Source: Octopus vulgaris (lineage: Eukaryota). Taken from it: a stretch of DNA of 64,000 nt. Shown here in pieces: positions 12,453 through 25,660 of the stretch (the stretch's first letter is position 1; each line of letters starts with the position of its first letter). The notes under the pieces are model-generated. The model was not told the origin of the DNA and did not search any database. It saw only the letters and a program-made list of their open reading frames with translations. The stretch is from the NCBI GenBank assembly GCA_951406725.2, contig OX597815.1, positions 20,708,001 to 20,772,000 on the forward strand, written 5' to 3'. The translations under genes and the position numbers were made by a program.

Positions 12453-13909
12453 AAAGGACGAAGTGCTGAAAGAATATTGATCCCAAAGCATAAACAGTGG
12501 TTTATAAAAAGTTTTCTTTCAAACGTATTGTTAAGTTTATCTTAATTACTTTTCCTCTGAGTAGCGTGAGAAAATTACGTTTGATTTTAGAAATTCGGTA
12601 TCAAGAACTACATTATCCACTTTAAAACGGAGTGTTGTGATTAGAGGGATATTTAGTCCTTGATTCTAACGGACGGAATGATTTCACTGAGGTTCGTCCG
12701 TAATCTCAGCACAGTAAAGTGGTTTTCCCTAATGGCCCCAACGCCATAACTAGATAATAGTTAAACAGAGATTAGGAGGAAAGACAAAGCAGGAACTAAA
12801 ATTATCTCAGCCATTGATTCGCAGCCCTTTTTTTCATTTGCGGTATACTTGTAGACTTTTCAAAATTCGGCGGCACACCTGAACTAAAATATAACTAAAC
12901 GTATAAGGAAAAAAATTATATTCAGGTTACACTGCAGCATACCTAGCACCAGTGTGCGCGGCATATCGGTTGCGGAGCTGAACTTGGGCTAACAAAGACA
13001 ATGGGCGGTGACAAGGTGCAGTGTACTGTGTACGGAGAAAATGATGTTAAGTGACTGAGGTGTTTTTAAGAAATATTGTAGTGTTTATTGTTAACAGTGT
13101 ATAGACGAGAATTAATTTTCCTTTTGCACCAAAACGCTAAAATGACATACACCACTCTTTACATGGGTGTGGTCTTCTGTAGATCTATGTGCTTACGCTA
13201 TACTGTATCCTTTTATGTCAACGATCAAAGTGCATATTTGCATACTAGCACGCACTCATAAATGCACATATCTACGTAAGAAGGTGTGAATGTGTGTCAT
13301 TCTCTCTCCCTCTCTCTTTAAAAATAATGCACATATAAATGTGCGTGCGTGCACATACATACTCATGCATACGTGTGTTTATACATAGGCACATTTATAT
13401 ATGCGTGCGTGTGCGTGAGTGCGCGTACGTGTGTGTGCGTGTGTGCGCGCTTGGAAGCGCGTGCATGTCTAATTAGCACGTAAATGTGCTTTCCTTGTTC
13501 AGCATTTTATTTGTGTATGATAGCAATACATCATATTTTTGATCGATAATGTCGTGGTGGTTCAAATTCAGTGAGACATAACTTTGGAAGTTCGTGTAAA
13601 ACAATGGTATTTAATATGAGTGGTAGACCCGAGTTTTTAGTCGCCATAGTCACGGACTTATACGCGGAAATAAAGGTTCATTCGTAATTTTCTCGCCCGG
13701 TTGTTTGTTAAGGAACATGAGGATCATACTACTTTTCTTCGTGCCTCCTGTTCCAGAAACTCAATATACAGGCCCAGAGATATAACATAGATTCAATATC
13801 CATTTCTCATTTACATTTATGTGGTTCACTCGGTCTATTGTATCGTGAAATATTTTGACTTATGTAAAAAGCCTACAACCACCACACATACACATACATA
13901 TATCTCCTT

Positions 13910-14403
13910 ATTTCCTCTGTCCCTCTGCCTCTACCTCTCTCTCTTCTCCTCCAACGTGACCGGTGTTCGGCCAAGCCTGACCTTTCTTTCTTGGTTCAGC
14001 CGCTGTCCGTGCAACATCTATATTCTTCTCTGTGTCTGTGATATCTTGTATCCCTGCCGTAAGGCTTTACTTCCACACACGCCAGCTTAATTTAATTCGT
14101 CCTCAGTCGAAAGACACCTGTTGTTATGTCTTGTTATTTGTATTTGTGTAACTTTCTCCGTTTTTTTCGTCCTTGTTTTCGTATACATTCGCTGATTTCT
14201 TCCAAGGAATCTAATGCTCTTAGCTTAGCTTTTCCTTGGTGGCTAGATTGGAACAATCTCGAGTATAACCAGCTGAAATTGCAAAGAATTTCCTCGACTG
14301 AGGAAAGAAAACTCCTAATGACCCGTCCTTGTTTTCTTTGTATCGTCGTCTATTTCTTGTATCACCTAACTGTCTGGATGTTTTGCGTTCTTGTCCCATT
14401 TTG

Positions 14404-14405
<2 letters not shown>
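13910..14405. repeat. Dispersed repeat, probably Penelope-like terminal sequence
   Basis: Its 3' part (ggatgttttgcgttcttgtccca) is the arm of the 27903-28197 palindrome; ends in (TA)n. Confidence 0.5.
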
Positions 14406-14446
<41 letters not shown>

Positions 14447-14454
<8 letters not shown>

Positions 14455-14740
14455 ATCACGTGACCGACCAGACCATCAGATGTTGTTACACATCACTGGT
14501 CATAATGCGTTCGCATTGTTTTAGCCTTCGAATGACGCCACCCCGCTGGCTAAGCGAGCAGGCCAACAGAAGAAAGAGTGGGAGAAAGAGTGGTGAAAAA
14601 GTACAGCAGGGATCACCACCCCCTGCCGGAGCCTCGTGGAGCTTCTAGGTGTTTTCGCTCAATAAACACGCACAACGCCCGGTCTGGGAATCGAAACCGC
14701 GATCCTGCGACCGCGAGTCCGCTGCCCTAACCACAAGGCC
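14447..14740 (-). mobile_element. SINE family D head with alternative 3' tail
   Basis: Same 5' half as 12145; tail gcttagccagcggggtggcgtc..ggtcggtcacg shared with 27020-27298. Confidence 0.8.
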
Positions 14741-15289
14741 ATATATAAATCTTGTACGACTCTATTATTTTATTCTTTCATTCTTTCCTTCTTTCTATCA
14801 GCCCTTTCACGCTTTTGGATATCACCTTGGAATTGACGTTTTTACCATTCGTTACTGTTTCTATTATGTTATTATTTTCTTTTCTTATTTTACCTTACTC
14901 CCTCACATGTTAGATTCCTAACATTATGGTCTCTCTGATGAAGCTTTGGGGCTCAATCATTGTCCAGCCCTTGTCCAATGTTTGCTCAGCCTTTGTACAA
15001 TCCCTGTATATTACTGGTATGATGTGGAAAACTTGGCAATTTGAATAACCCTAGCTGTAAGAGTTTAGTATTTTTTCACTCATTCTTATTCATTTATTTA
15101 TTTTTATTTATATATTTATTTCCTTGCTTATTTGTTTATTTTGTTTCTATTACTAATACATATGGTTGTAATTAATTAATAAATAGATCCAAATGAATGT
15201 TTACAGGCTGATGTTTGTCAATTGATTATCCTCTCCATTTTCTTATTCGCCTTATATATATATTTATATATATATATATATATGATTCG

Positions 15290-15475
15290 CTATGATAAAT
15301 CGCTAGCCACTACACGTTCTTTATTTTCTCTCCTTGTTTCTCTCTGTGTTCTTTTCTGTGGCAGAGCGTATGCTCGAAACGTTAAAGACTTTTTCACTTC
15401 TCGAGCGTTACATCTGTGTGTTGTCTACACCACCTGTCTTCGTCTTTTGTTTTTTTTTTGTGAATTCTCCCCCTA
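15290..15475 (+). repeat. Penelope-like terminal repeat with hammerhead-shaped motif (15350-15388)
   Basis: CTGTGGC-A-GAGC-gtat-GCTC-GAAA-CG-TT-AAAGA; inverted copy at 16440-16610. Confidence 0.55.
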
Positions 15476-15965
15476 CACACACACACACACAAACACACAC
15501 ACATACACACACACCCATGTATATATATATAAATTTAATTTGAAGAATGGATGGTTGCATCCAACGAAATGCTGGTTCAATACGTAGAAGATAGGGAAGT
15601 AAATAATTGTTTATTTTAAACAAATTGGTCATTTTCACTTCTTACAGCCGTTTCAATTAATGTCAATAATTTAATTACAAATTTAATGTTAATATTCATT
15701 TATAAGGTATAAATAAAATTGTAAAAATTCATATATAGGTATGTACATACATATATATACACGTACGCTCACATTCACACAGAGATACGCGCTTATACTT
15801 ATAATATACATGCACATGTTTAAACATATTACGCGTATACTGTCATACACCCATACATACACATACATGTATAAATACGAATGCACACTCATACACACAC
15901 ATATGTATATGCACATTTTGCATTTTACAAAAGCCGTTAAGAAACGCTATGGTCTAAACACACTA

Positions 15966-16201
15966 CAGTAGTCCCTCGCCATATCGCGGTCCACTTATCG
16001 CGCACTCACTACATTGCGGTTCACCTATCACGCACTCAGTACGTCACGGATTTTTCTGGCTAATATATGTAAATTTGTATCGGCGACTCCTCAGTATATC
16101 GCGGGTTTCTGCGGCTGATAACCATTTATATTTTTTTAGATTTTAATTATTTCTGTAGAAGGTTTTGGAACGTAACACCCGCGATAGTCGAGGGATTATT
16201 G
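15966..16201. mobile_element. Tc1/mariner superfamily (pogo/Tigger-type) MITE
   Basis: TIRs cagtagtccctcgccatatcgcgg / ccgcgatagtcgagggattattg with TA on both sides. Confidence 0.85.
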
Positions 16202-16402
16202 TAATTCAAAATTTCACTAACCAATGGGCACTGAATATCTAATACGGATCTATATTAACTTCTTTTTTAGGGGTGATGGGTACGAAGAATGCATATAAAT
16301 GTGCATGTGTACATAAACATGTGTGTGTATGAGTGTGCATTCGTGTCTATGCATGTTTTTTTAAGTATGTATGCGTGTGTACATATATATGTGTAAACAT
16401 GC

Positions 16403-16439
<37 letters not shown>

Positions 16440-16442
<3 letters not shown>

Positions 16443-16610
16443 AGAGTTTACGGAAAAAACGGGTGGTGTACAAAACAAACATGTATTAGTATAACGCTCA
16501 GGAATAGAAAAAGTCTTTTGCGTTTCGAGCCTACGCTCTTCTACAGAAAGGGACACAGAAAACAAGGAGAGTAACAAGGAGAGAAAAAATGTGTACTGGC
16601 TAACGATCAA
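16440..16610 (-). repeat. Inverted copy of the 15290-15475 repeat with hammerhead-shaped motif (16515-16550)
   Basis: Minus strand CTTT-CTGTAGA-A-GAGC-gtag-GCTC-GAAA-CG-CA-AAAG. Confidence 0.55.
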
Positions 16611-16904
16611 TATATATATATATATACACACACATGAATTTTTACAATTTTATTTATACCTTATAAGTGAATGTTTTATTCTTTTACTAACTATAAATTT
16701 TATTTATATTTATCTTTCCTCAATCATCTCTGTTTAATTTATTCTAGTTTTATATATTTACTTTATCCCTAATAACATTCTAATCAACCTGTAAACCCTT
16801 CACCCGAGCATATTCATAATACAAACCATAAACCGTAAGAAACGAAAATGACCAATTTCTTTATAATAAACAATTATTAACTTCCTTATATCCATTTTCT
16901 TTTC

Positions 16905-16936
<32 letters not shown>

Positions 16937-17040
16937 ATATACATATTTACATATATATGTATATATATATATATATATGTATTATGTATGTATGCGTGTA
17001 TGTATATATGTATGTGTATACATATATGTATATATATACA

Positions 17041-17095
<55 letters not shown>

Positions 17096-17911
17096 TAGTT
17101 TGTGTGTGAGTGTTTGTGCGCATTTTAATATATATTTGTACGTATGCATATGTGCATACACGTGCTGTATAAGCATACAAATACATTTATTTATACACAT
17201 TATTTATACACATGTATATGCGTATACAAACACATTCACACACTCACACACATACAAAGAGTGGGAGTGAACTCATATAAGTTTTGGTTACTATTGCTCT
17301 GGACCACGTCTAATTTAGTAGTCTTTTAAATTACACCAACATAGTTGTTGTTTGCCGAGATGTATCGTGGTGTTGGTAGTTTGTCTGGTGTTTCTTTCCG
17401 AGGAATTTGTTACAATGTCCATTTCTTCCTTGATTTACTTTGGAACAATGGTGATGAGGCAGGATCATTTCCCTCGCAATGTATGTTATCTGCTGTGGAT
17501 TTGCCTTTTTGTCGGGAGCATATTATGGCTTTGGGGGCCAAACCTTAAATGACCTGTGGATGTTCAAAGCGGCGCTGGAAAGAATGAAGTTTGAACTTTT
17601 TTCAGACGATACCAATAGTCATGACATTTATCATTATATTTTCTCTTGTGATCGATCTCTGGGGTGCTTCCGTTGTCCTAATGTGCTGTTGTGTATGGAA
17701 GCCATAGTGTGCAGCAATATTCAAGGTGAAACCAAACAAATATAGGGAAGAGAAGAATAACGGTATCATGAACGCTAGACTGCAAATTTCTAAGGATTCA
17801 TGAACAGATTTCAGCGGGCCATATACATATATCAAGTCAATGCATAATCTATTATGTATGTATGTATGTATGTATGTATGTATGTATGTATGTATGTATG
17901 TATGTATGTTT

Positions 17912-18465
17912 ATGTCAGGTCACTTTCGAGTGCTACTGGTAACATGTAACCCAGTAAAACCTGTTGCATGGTCGGGTCGTCGGCGACTAAACCGGCAACC
18001 CCACGAAGATTGCTTGGTGAGAAGGGTGTTTATTGGACACACTGCGGGATGAAAAACAAAACCCGTCAAAGGGCGGAGGAACTCTTGGGAGTCAACGGCC
18101 ATCCGATAAATGTCTTAAGGATATATCATGCGCGGGGACATAGAAATAATCGGACTGAATACCCAATCGCGCGGTTAGACCATTGGGAGTGAAGGACTCC
18201 TAGCCTTTGTTAGGGCATCCTTTTAGGAGAAGGTAACTCAGGTAACTGGGATAACTCCGACATAAAAGCTGCGGCTCAGTGTTTACCGATGATGTTGACT
18301 TGTTCTTCTTTTCGGATTATAGCTGCTGTTGCTTAGTGAGTGGGATTGACTCAGTGCACAGCCTTTCCTCACTTTAAAAATATCTTCTTGCACAGGCATT
18401 GCACGAGAACAGCATTGATTAAGCTTCGTGCAATGGCCATACTCGATAACGAGGGGGCAGCCACC
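17912..18465 (+). mobile_element. Probable non-autonomous RTE-derived element (5' UTR-like + 3' end, no ORF)
   Basis: GC-rich block in (TATG)n; tagggcatcc..taggagaaggtaactc resembles RTE 5' UTR motif; ends ctcgataacgag stem-loop then ggggcagcc and microsatellite tail. Confidence 0.5.
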
Positions 18466-18470
18466 ATGTA

Positions 18471-18507
<37 letters not shown>

Positions 18508-20194
18508 GTATACAGGTAGGTAGGTAGGTTGGTAGGTAGGTAGGTAGGTATCTACTGTACTGCATCTTCTGTACTACTTGCTGATTTGGTTGCAGTTTCC
18601 CTTTTACCGCTCGCTATATAATCTATTCAACTTGATTGACACCAGAAGGTCAAAGTTCATAACGCTGTCATTAGATTCAGTGATGCAGGAAAGCAATAGG
18701 CCTATAGTTTTACTGAAGCAGATAATATGAGAAACGACGGTCAACGACTCTCGTTGTAATTTTTGATCAATAACGTTATTTTCTTAATTATTAATTATAA
18801 ATGTATTAATTGCATTAAATATAAATGAAGACAGGCCGGTGGTGTAACAAAATCTGCAGAACTCTGAACGAAAATCTCTTGCTGTTACCTATATTTGTTT
18901 TACATTCTGTACTTTATTTTACATTTTGAGAACGAATTGCAAGGGATTGACTTCTCCTTATATTATTCCTTGATCGATAAAATATGTTTGTTATATATGA
19001 AGTCAAGTTAATTAATTGCTTCCTCCTTCAAATTGTTATGTTAGAAATTCGAGACACGTTATATTCTTTCTTTGATATTTTTTTCCTATCGTTTACGAGG
19101 AAGTTAGATCTATGACCAGTCCATTGGGGCGAGACTGATGCGGTTGATGGTTTGGCTGAACATTTGAAGGTTAATATCTGCAAGAATATCATGGTTAGAG
19201 AAAAATTCCCGATTAAATACATTTCACCCATGGTTATCTCACCTTATCGTATTTCTAGGACTGTATTGTCTTGTGTGTAGTTCCATTCTAAGGTAGAAGA
19301 ATATATTTTGTCTCTATTTTGTAATTTGCGCCGAAAATGTTTCTTTTACAGTTCTATTAAGAACTTGATGGTTTTCATGATTTCTGGTCACCATTTCTGT
19401 ATTTTTCTTACACTTGAATCTATTTTCAATTTCTGTGTTTTAAGTTATTTTGTTTTTCCTAGGAACAGTTTTTCCATTTTATCGTGATAAGCTCTTTGTT
19501 CTTTGTGTCACGGAGAAAGTAATATTTTTATTGTACAGAATGTTCCCGTACTAGCGTAACACATTTCTGTTCTCGTGCAAGACGTTTCTTTGAACGCAGT
19601 TGTTTCTAATCAGAACATATTTGATGAATAGAACTGATATGATGACATAACGTTGTCTCGGTTCCATTGTTTTAAAGAGTGAGTAGTATAGGTTCTTCGC
19701 TTAAAAGACTTGAGAGCCTCTATCCGGTCGCTCGGTAGGTTAGATACAGTAACAACCAAAACTCTTCATATCTCATCCTAGAAAGAACAGTTCGTCGGAT
19801 AATGCAATTTTAGGTAAACTGTCTAAAAATATAATTGGATAGTCACAGCTGCAATACCTTTGACTATAAGTCTGATTGAGGACTGATCTACCTATAAATA
19901 ACAACAACTGATGCTCAATGAGCGTTCGTAGATATTCAGGTTGCGTATATCAGGGTTGCTTCTAGTAGAGTTGTGTTATTTTGACCTTTGTTTTCTGTTT
20001 CACTCAGTCCTAATATCTGCAACTGGAAAGTTACTGCCCATGGTGCCGGCCATGACTAAATTGTCTTTTTTTTATCGGAGACAAGCAAATCCCCAGTCTA
20101 AAAATTTCCACTCTGTACGACACTGATGTCGTCCAAGGAAAAGCTAAGGTGAAAAGTGTTTTTTCCCCTTAGCTCAGTGTTGTCGTTCGCAAAT

Positions 20195-20502
20195 GTTGTT
20201 GCCATCGGAACGCAAACAGACGGATCTGATACCGCAAGGCATCTAACTGGACGCTCTATCAATTCCGCTAATCTACAACTAAGTACAGTTACTTATTTGT
20301 TGACAGTGAAAGGACAAACGGCAAGGCTGCGCCACCCCATTGGCTAGGCGAACAGGTCAGCATTCCCCACTAATCGAAGGGGTCTGGAGCAACATGAAAG
20401 GAAGTGTTTTGCTCAAGAACACAATGCGCTGCCCAGTCAGAGAATCGAACCCACGATCTAGCGATTATAAGTGCAACAGCCTAACCACTAAGCCACGCGC
20501 CT
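20195..20502 (-). mobile_element. tRNA-headed SINE (family B head)
   Basis: Minus strand ggcgcgtggcttagtggttagg..gggttcgattctc..tgtgttcttgagcaaaacactt. Confidence 0.7.
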
Positions 20503-20516
20503 ATATGTATATAATA

Positions 20517-20568
<52 letters not shown>

Positions 20569-20586
20569 AATACAAATGGGCTGAGG

Positions 20587-20671
20587 TTCACTACAGCTGT
20601 TTCAGACGTGTTTTTGATATTGAAAAACAAATCAATTATAGCAGCTAAAAAAGCCATTTTCTTCAGGTGAA
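20587..20671 (-). ncRNA. Minimal type I hammerhead ribozyme with long helix II
   Basis: Minus strand TTCAC-CTGAAGA-[~56 nt]-GAAA-CAGCTG-TA-GTGAA; helix I 5 bp, palindromic ACAGCTGT helix III, GUA site. Confidence 0.75.
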
Positions 20672-21143
20672 TCAAACGACAAATACGTATAATCTCTTGT
20701 AAGTACATGAGTATCTGCACTCACTGTTGATAGATGGCTATGCTTTTCTTGACTCTACCTTGGTGACCTTATTAAAATACCTCAAGGCAGTATCGTAAGG
20801 ACGCCGAGTGAGATGCTTAGCGATATTTTACATGTCGCTACGCTATGAGGTCAAATTCCGCCGAGGTCGATTATCTTTTCGAGATCGATGAAATAAGTAC
20901 CGGTTGCGAAAAGAGATCGATGTAATTATCTAGCCTCTTCCACCAAAAGATTATTAAAATACCTCGAAATAGTCACACACATATTTATTTATTTATTTTT
21001 TTAAGAGGTCACCATCCTTAAACCCGTTCCAATGCAATGGTAAATGACTAAATAAATAAATGAATGGTAAATAGGAAGGGGATATCCCTTCTCTCTCTCC
21101 CTCTTTCTACCTATCTATCTATCCATCTATCTGACTATATATC

Positions 21144-21270
<127 letters not shown>

Positions 21271-21640
21271 AGCCTATCTACCCACCTATATTTCTACCTA
21301 TCTGCTTCCGTTGTCATGGAAACTCCCCCCCCCACAAAAAAACAAAAACGATGTTCTCTTCTTGTAAACAAACACTTCCCAAAACACCTGTTTTATATAA
21401 ATGAACAAGTTGTTTGTACATTCACAAAGTTTTATTTGACAAGTTCGAGACACGAACGAAAGCGCTAATAATAATGGAGAAATAAAAGTTTTTCTCAAAA
21501 TTCTGATGACTTTTCCCCTCGATATTCAATTTCTGTACACCACACCTAATACTCTATACATACATGCATACATGTATACATACATGCACACGCTAACATA
21601 CATATATATATACATATATATATATATGTAAGTTTTTAAG

Positions 21641-21952
21641 TGTTGTAGTGAAAATGGTACTCCCTTTCCTATGTGAGAAAGTGGCATGAGTTGCCCCTTT
21701 AAATTCAGACGGTCAGTCGTTGTAGGAAGTCAGTAGTAATATAGTCGTTGTACGAGTTCTCAGTTGGAGTCAGTGTCAGTTACGTGTCATATACGAGTTC
21801 GAGTTAAGGTGAAGGTAGAAGTCATTATCTTGCGGAGCCAGCAGCAATAGCACCATAGGCGAGTCAAAGATAAAACGCGAAATAACAGCACAAAATAATA
21901 GTGGTGACAAGAATATTACAGGGCCGACAATAACATACAAGTGGACGAGGAT
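21641..21952 (+). mobile_element. Possible LTR remnant with decayed primer-binding site
   Basis: Starts tgttgt, has ..ataaca near 21935, then gtggacgaggat, close to TGGCGACGAGGAT (tRNA-Ser PBS); no TSD seen. Confidence 0.3.
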
Positions 21953-23230
21953 CTTACATTATAACAGTGTGTATGTATGTATGTATGTATGTATGTATGT
22001 ATGTATGTATGTATGTATGTATGTATAATTGCCGATATAAATATTGGTTGGTTGGTTTCTCCGGTCATGCTTTACGTCGTATAGAGAGGGAAGAGAGGGA
22101 GTAAAAGAGATAGAGTGAGTTAACATAAAAGGTGTAGGATGTGTGCACATACTAGGCATGGTGACAGGTAATGAGGAAAAGGTTACACACACACACACGC
22201 AGGAGGGGGAAAGAACTAGGAAAGCACTGTACGATGTAGAGGAGAGGGAGTAAATGACAATGGTTATGGAAGGAGTTTACTAAAGAGGAATTTTAAAAAA
22301 TTTTATTATGTCTTTAGGTAATAATTATTTTTGTTTTGAAAATTAGTATTCATTTCATTATTTTATGTAAGCACCAAGAAATGTGATAAAAGTTGAATAT
22401 TAATTATTGTATGTGTGCTTTTTTTCCCTAATATTACCCAGGAATGCAAAAGTATGCATTAAAAGTTATGGTGTGTAATACTATATATATTTATATATAT
22501 ATATACATATATATAAGTACATACACCCACATGCACGCACGCACATACACACATACACAGACACACACACACACATATATGTATAAACATATACACACTT
22601 GTAATCACACACACATACACAAACGCATACACCGCACCACACACATACACACGTATATATGATTCGCCGCCTTGATTTGTGAAGCAGTGGTTTAGATAAT
22701 GACACATTGGGAAAGAAAAATGTCGCGGTTTAGATAAATGCATATTTTGGTAAAGAAAAAAATGCATGGATTAAAATCTGCCTAAATATAGTAACGAATG
22801 GAGAGATCGTGTTAGATAAGAATTAATATAATGAAACATATTCATATGAAAACTGATAACGAAGGCATTAAAAGATAATAGGGGTATAAATAGAAGAGAA
22901 ACGATTTATACTATTTGGTTACGGTATAAATCGGGATTAAAGTTTCAACTTTATATCACTAACCGCCACAACTTTACAGAATTAAACATTACAACACTAT
23001 TGCATTAAACATTACAAGTTTACGGCACTAACGGCTACTTTTTTTCCTGCACTTCTGTTCACGACTATAATTATTGATAATTCTGTAGTTTGTTTCGGTT
23101 GTTCCCAAGTTATTGCTGATGGTGTAGTATTCTAGTGGTCGTTAGTGAAGTGTTGTTGTATCGTGGGGGATAGTAGCGTAGAATTACGCTAATGTTAGAA
23201 ATATAATTTACTCAAGTTCAGGAACCTGTT

Positions 23231-23278
<48 letters not shown>

Positions 23279-23283
<5 letters not shown>

Positions 23284-23862
23284 GTGGCACAACAAATCAC
23301 CAATGTTTTCAGGAAATAGTAGTCGATAACCGTACAAGATTATGCAAAGCTTCACTGAATGTATACAGGCAAAGATATGTACTGGCAGAGAATATAAAAA
23401 AATTCATCTTTCCTCTAGGAAGAACGCCGGTTAAATAGACAGCCTAGAATGGATAACCTAGTACTCGGGTTTCCGACTTCCCAGAATATGTTTGTTATCG
23501 TAAATCAGGTTAGTCTTCTTCAGCTAGGTTCGCCGAATACGAAATTTAAAATATCCGCTACATCAATGCCAGTATAATTGGTTGCACGCTTAGCCATAAA
23601 CAGAACCGAGATCAGTGAAAAAGTTTTATATAAAAATTATTAATATTATTGCAATACAATAGTATTATTTTCCAGCTAAATAAAGCACTGTAAAGGTAGA
23701 ATTATGAATAGGAAATAGTGGCACAACAAAGCACCAATGTTTGCTGGAAATAGCAGTCGATAACCATACGAAGCTATGTAAAGCTTCACTATTTCGTATT
23801 TATAATTCTACCTTTACTGTGCTTTATTTAACAGGAAAATAATACTATTGTATTGCAATATT
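23279..23862 (-). mobile_element. Penelope-like terminal-repeat remnant with internal direct and inverted repeats
   Basis: ~80-bp direct repeat 23279/23713, inverted repeat 23643-23718 vs 23788-23860, flanked by (TA)n, contains a hammerhead. Confidence 0.65.
23455..23530 (-). ncRNA. Minimal type I hammerhead ribozyme
   Basis: Minus strand AACCTAG-CTGAAGA-A-GACT-[33 nt]-AGTC-G-GAAA-CCCGAG-TA-CTAGGTT; 7-bp helix I, GUA site. Confidence 0.8.
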
Positions 23863-23888
23863 TCTAATTTATACAATCACACACACAT

Positions 23889-23934
<46 letters not shown>

Positions 23935-25063
23935 ATAAAAATATATATATATATGAAGTCAGTTGATTCTTCTTATACTGCAAACAGCTTTGAGTAAGGT
24001 ATGAACATGAAACGATTTCAGTCTTTCCTTTGTACAAACATGTTCTCGACAGGAATCAATAATTTATCCTGACTTCCAGAAAGAAGATAATTTTTGAATT
24101 CTTACTTCGTGTTATATTTCCCAGAATCACAAACGAGTGACAGAATTTGCTAAGAGAGAGAGAGAGAGAAAGAAAGAAAAAAAAGAAAAATACAATGCAA
24201 TACAACAATAAAATACATAACAATAAAATAAAACACCAGAAAGGACGAAACAAACCCATTTTCTTAAAATAACCCGAAATCTTAGAAATATAATAAAATA
24301 AATTTTCTTTCATTAATTATTCAATCAATTAATTAATTTTGCTCTGCTGTTGTTTTAAATTTATTTTACTTTGTGGTTTGCTTTATGTTTAAAGTGACTT
24401 GTTCTTTGTCTTGTGTTCGTCACTGGAAGAATTATTTTAGAATTTTCACTCCTTCGGTATTTCTGTATTTTTAAGCAGTCGACAATTTTCAGGTGACAGA
24501 AGAGTGAAAATATTGAAGAATCATAAAAGAAATGCAACGAAACAGAATTTTGCAAAAGGCTTTATGTCGAATCTGAAAAATAAAATACGCAAAACAATTT
24601 TAAATAAAATGAAAATGAATCCCAATTTAGAGAGATAATTGCTAACAAATAATACTCATAAATAATCTTTTGTTTTTATTCACTTATTGCATTAATTTTG
24701 GCTTTTTCCAATGGTAAAACAAAGAAAAATATTGTTGTATTAAATGGTGGCCGACAATGTTGATAGCTATGACGACGATCGTGACGGCAATGACGACGTT
24801 GATGATGATGAATGGTAGGAGAAGGAAGAGGAGGATTTTGTTTCTACTGCAGGTTTGTCAGCGTTGATTTAATGACGTTAGAGGCAACACTATAGTGATT
24901 AATAAATTTTGTTGATTAATATTAAATATAAACAATGAAGTAATAATGAACGAAATTAAAGAGCATAAGGAGTATATTGCAAATAAAAGATAATTCTATT
25001 TCCAATAAGAATATTGTAGTAAATCGGAGATTGGGAACAATTACGATGGAAATGGGACTAACC

Positions 25064-25103
<40 letters not shown>

Positions 25104-25104
25104 T

Positions 25105-25272
25105 AATCCTTTCTACCAAAAGCAAAAGGCATGACATTTTGTGGGAGGGGACTAGTCGATTACATCAATCCAAGTGTTTCACTGGTACTTAATTTATCGA
25201 CCCCGAAAGGGTGAAAGGCAAAGTCAACCTTCGTGGAACTTGAACTCAGAGCGTAAGTACGGATGAAATGCC

Positions 25273-25275
<3 letters not shown>
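25105..25275 (-). mobile_element. SINE sharing the family C central domain, different tail, between (TAA)n tracts
   Basis: actggtacttaatttatcgaccccgaaagg..aaaggcaaagtc; similar pieces at 45760-45897 and 54840-55060 (+). Confidence 0.65.
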
Positions 25276-25345
<70 letters not shown>

Positions 25346-25504
25346 TGCGCTGTTTATCTTGATACGAGTTCACTATGTCGCACTCATATGGTTGTGATGC
25401 ATGTGCCCGGTGTACTCTTATCAGACGGGTAATCATGATGGGTATACTGGGCTTCGTATATTTTACCCCAGTGTCACTTTGATGGCATGCACTGCTCTTT
25501 CACT

Positions 25505-25521
25505 CAATAATGATGATGATG

Positions 25522-25617
<96 letters not shown>

Positions 25618-25660
25618 GGAGGAGGAGGAGGAGGAGGAGGAGGAGGATGGTGGTGGTTTC
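25505..25660. repeat. Compound trinucleotide microsatellite (GAT)(TAA)(TGA)(GGA)(GGT)
   Basis: Directly visible stepwise motif changes. Confidence 0.95.

Noticed and set aside
12926-13015. GC-rich AG..GT-bounded segment as a coding exon
   Set aside because: All three frames contain stops.
14090-14330. Two CGACTGAGGA motifs as hammerhead cores
   Set aside because: No GAAA or matching helix I could be assigned.
17250-17830. Complex non-repetitive block, possible transposase remnant
   Set aside because: No recognisable motif in any frame.
21497-21532. CTGATGA with AAATT/AATTT flanks as a hammerhead
   Set aside because: No helix II, and GATA in place of GAAA.
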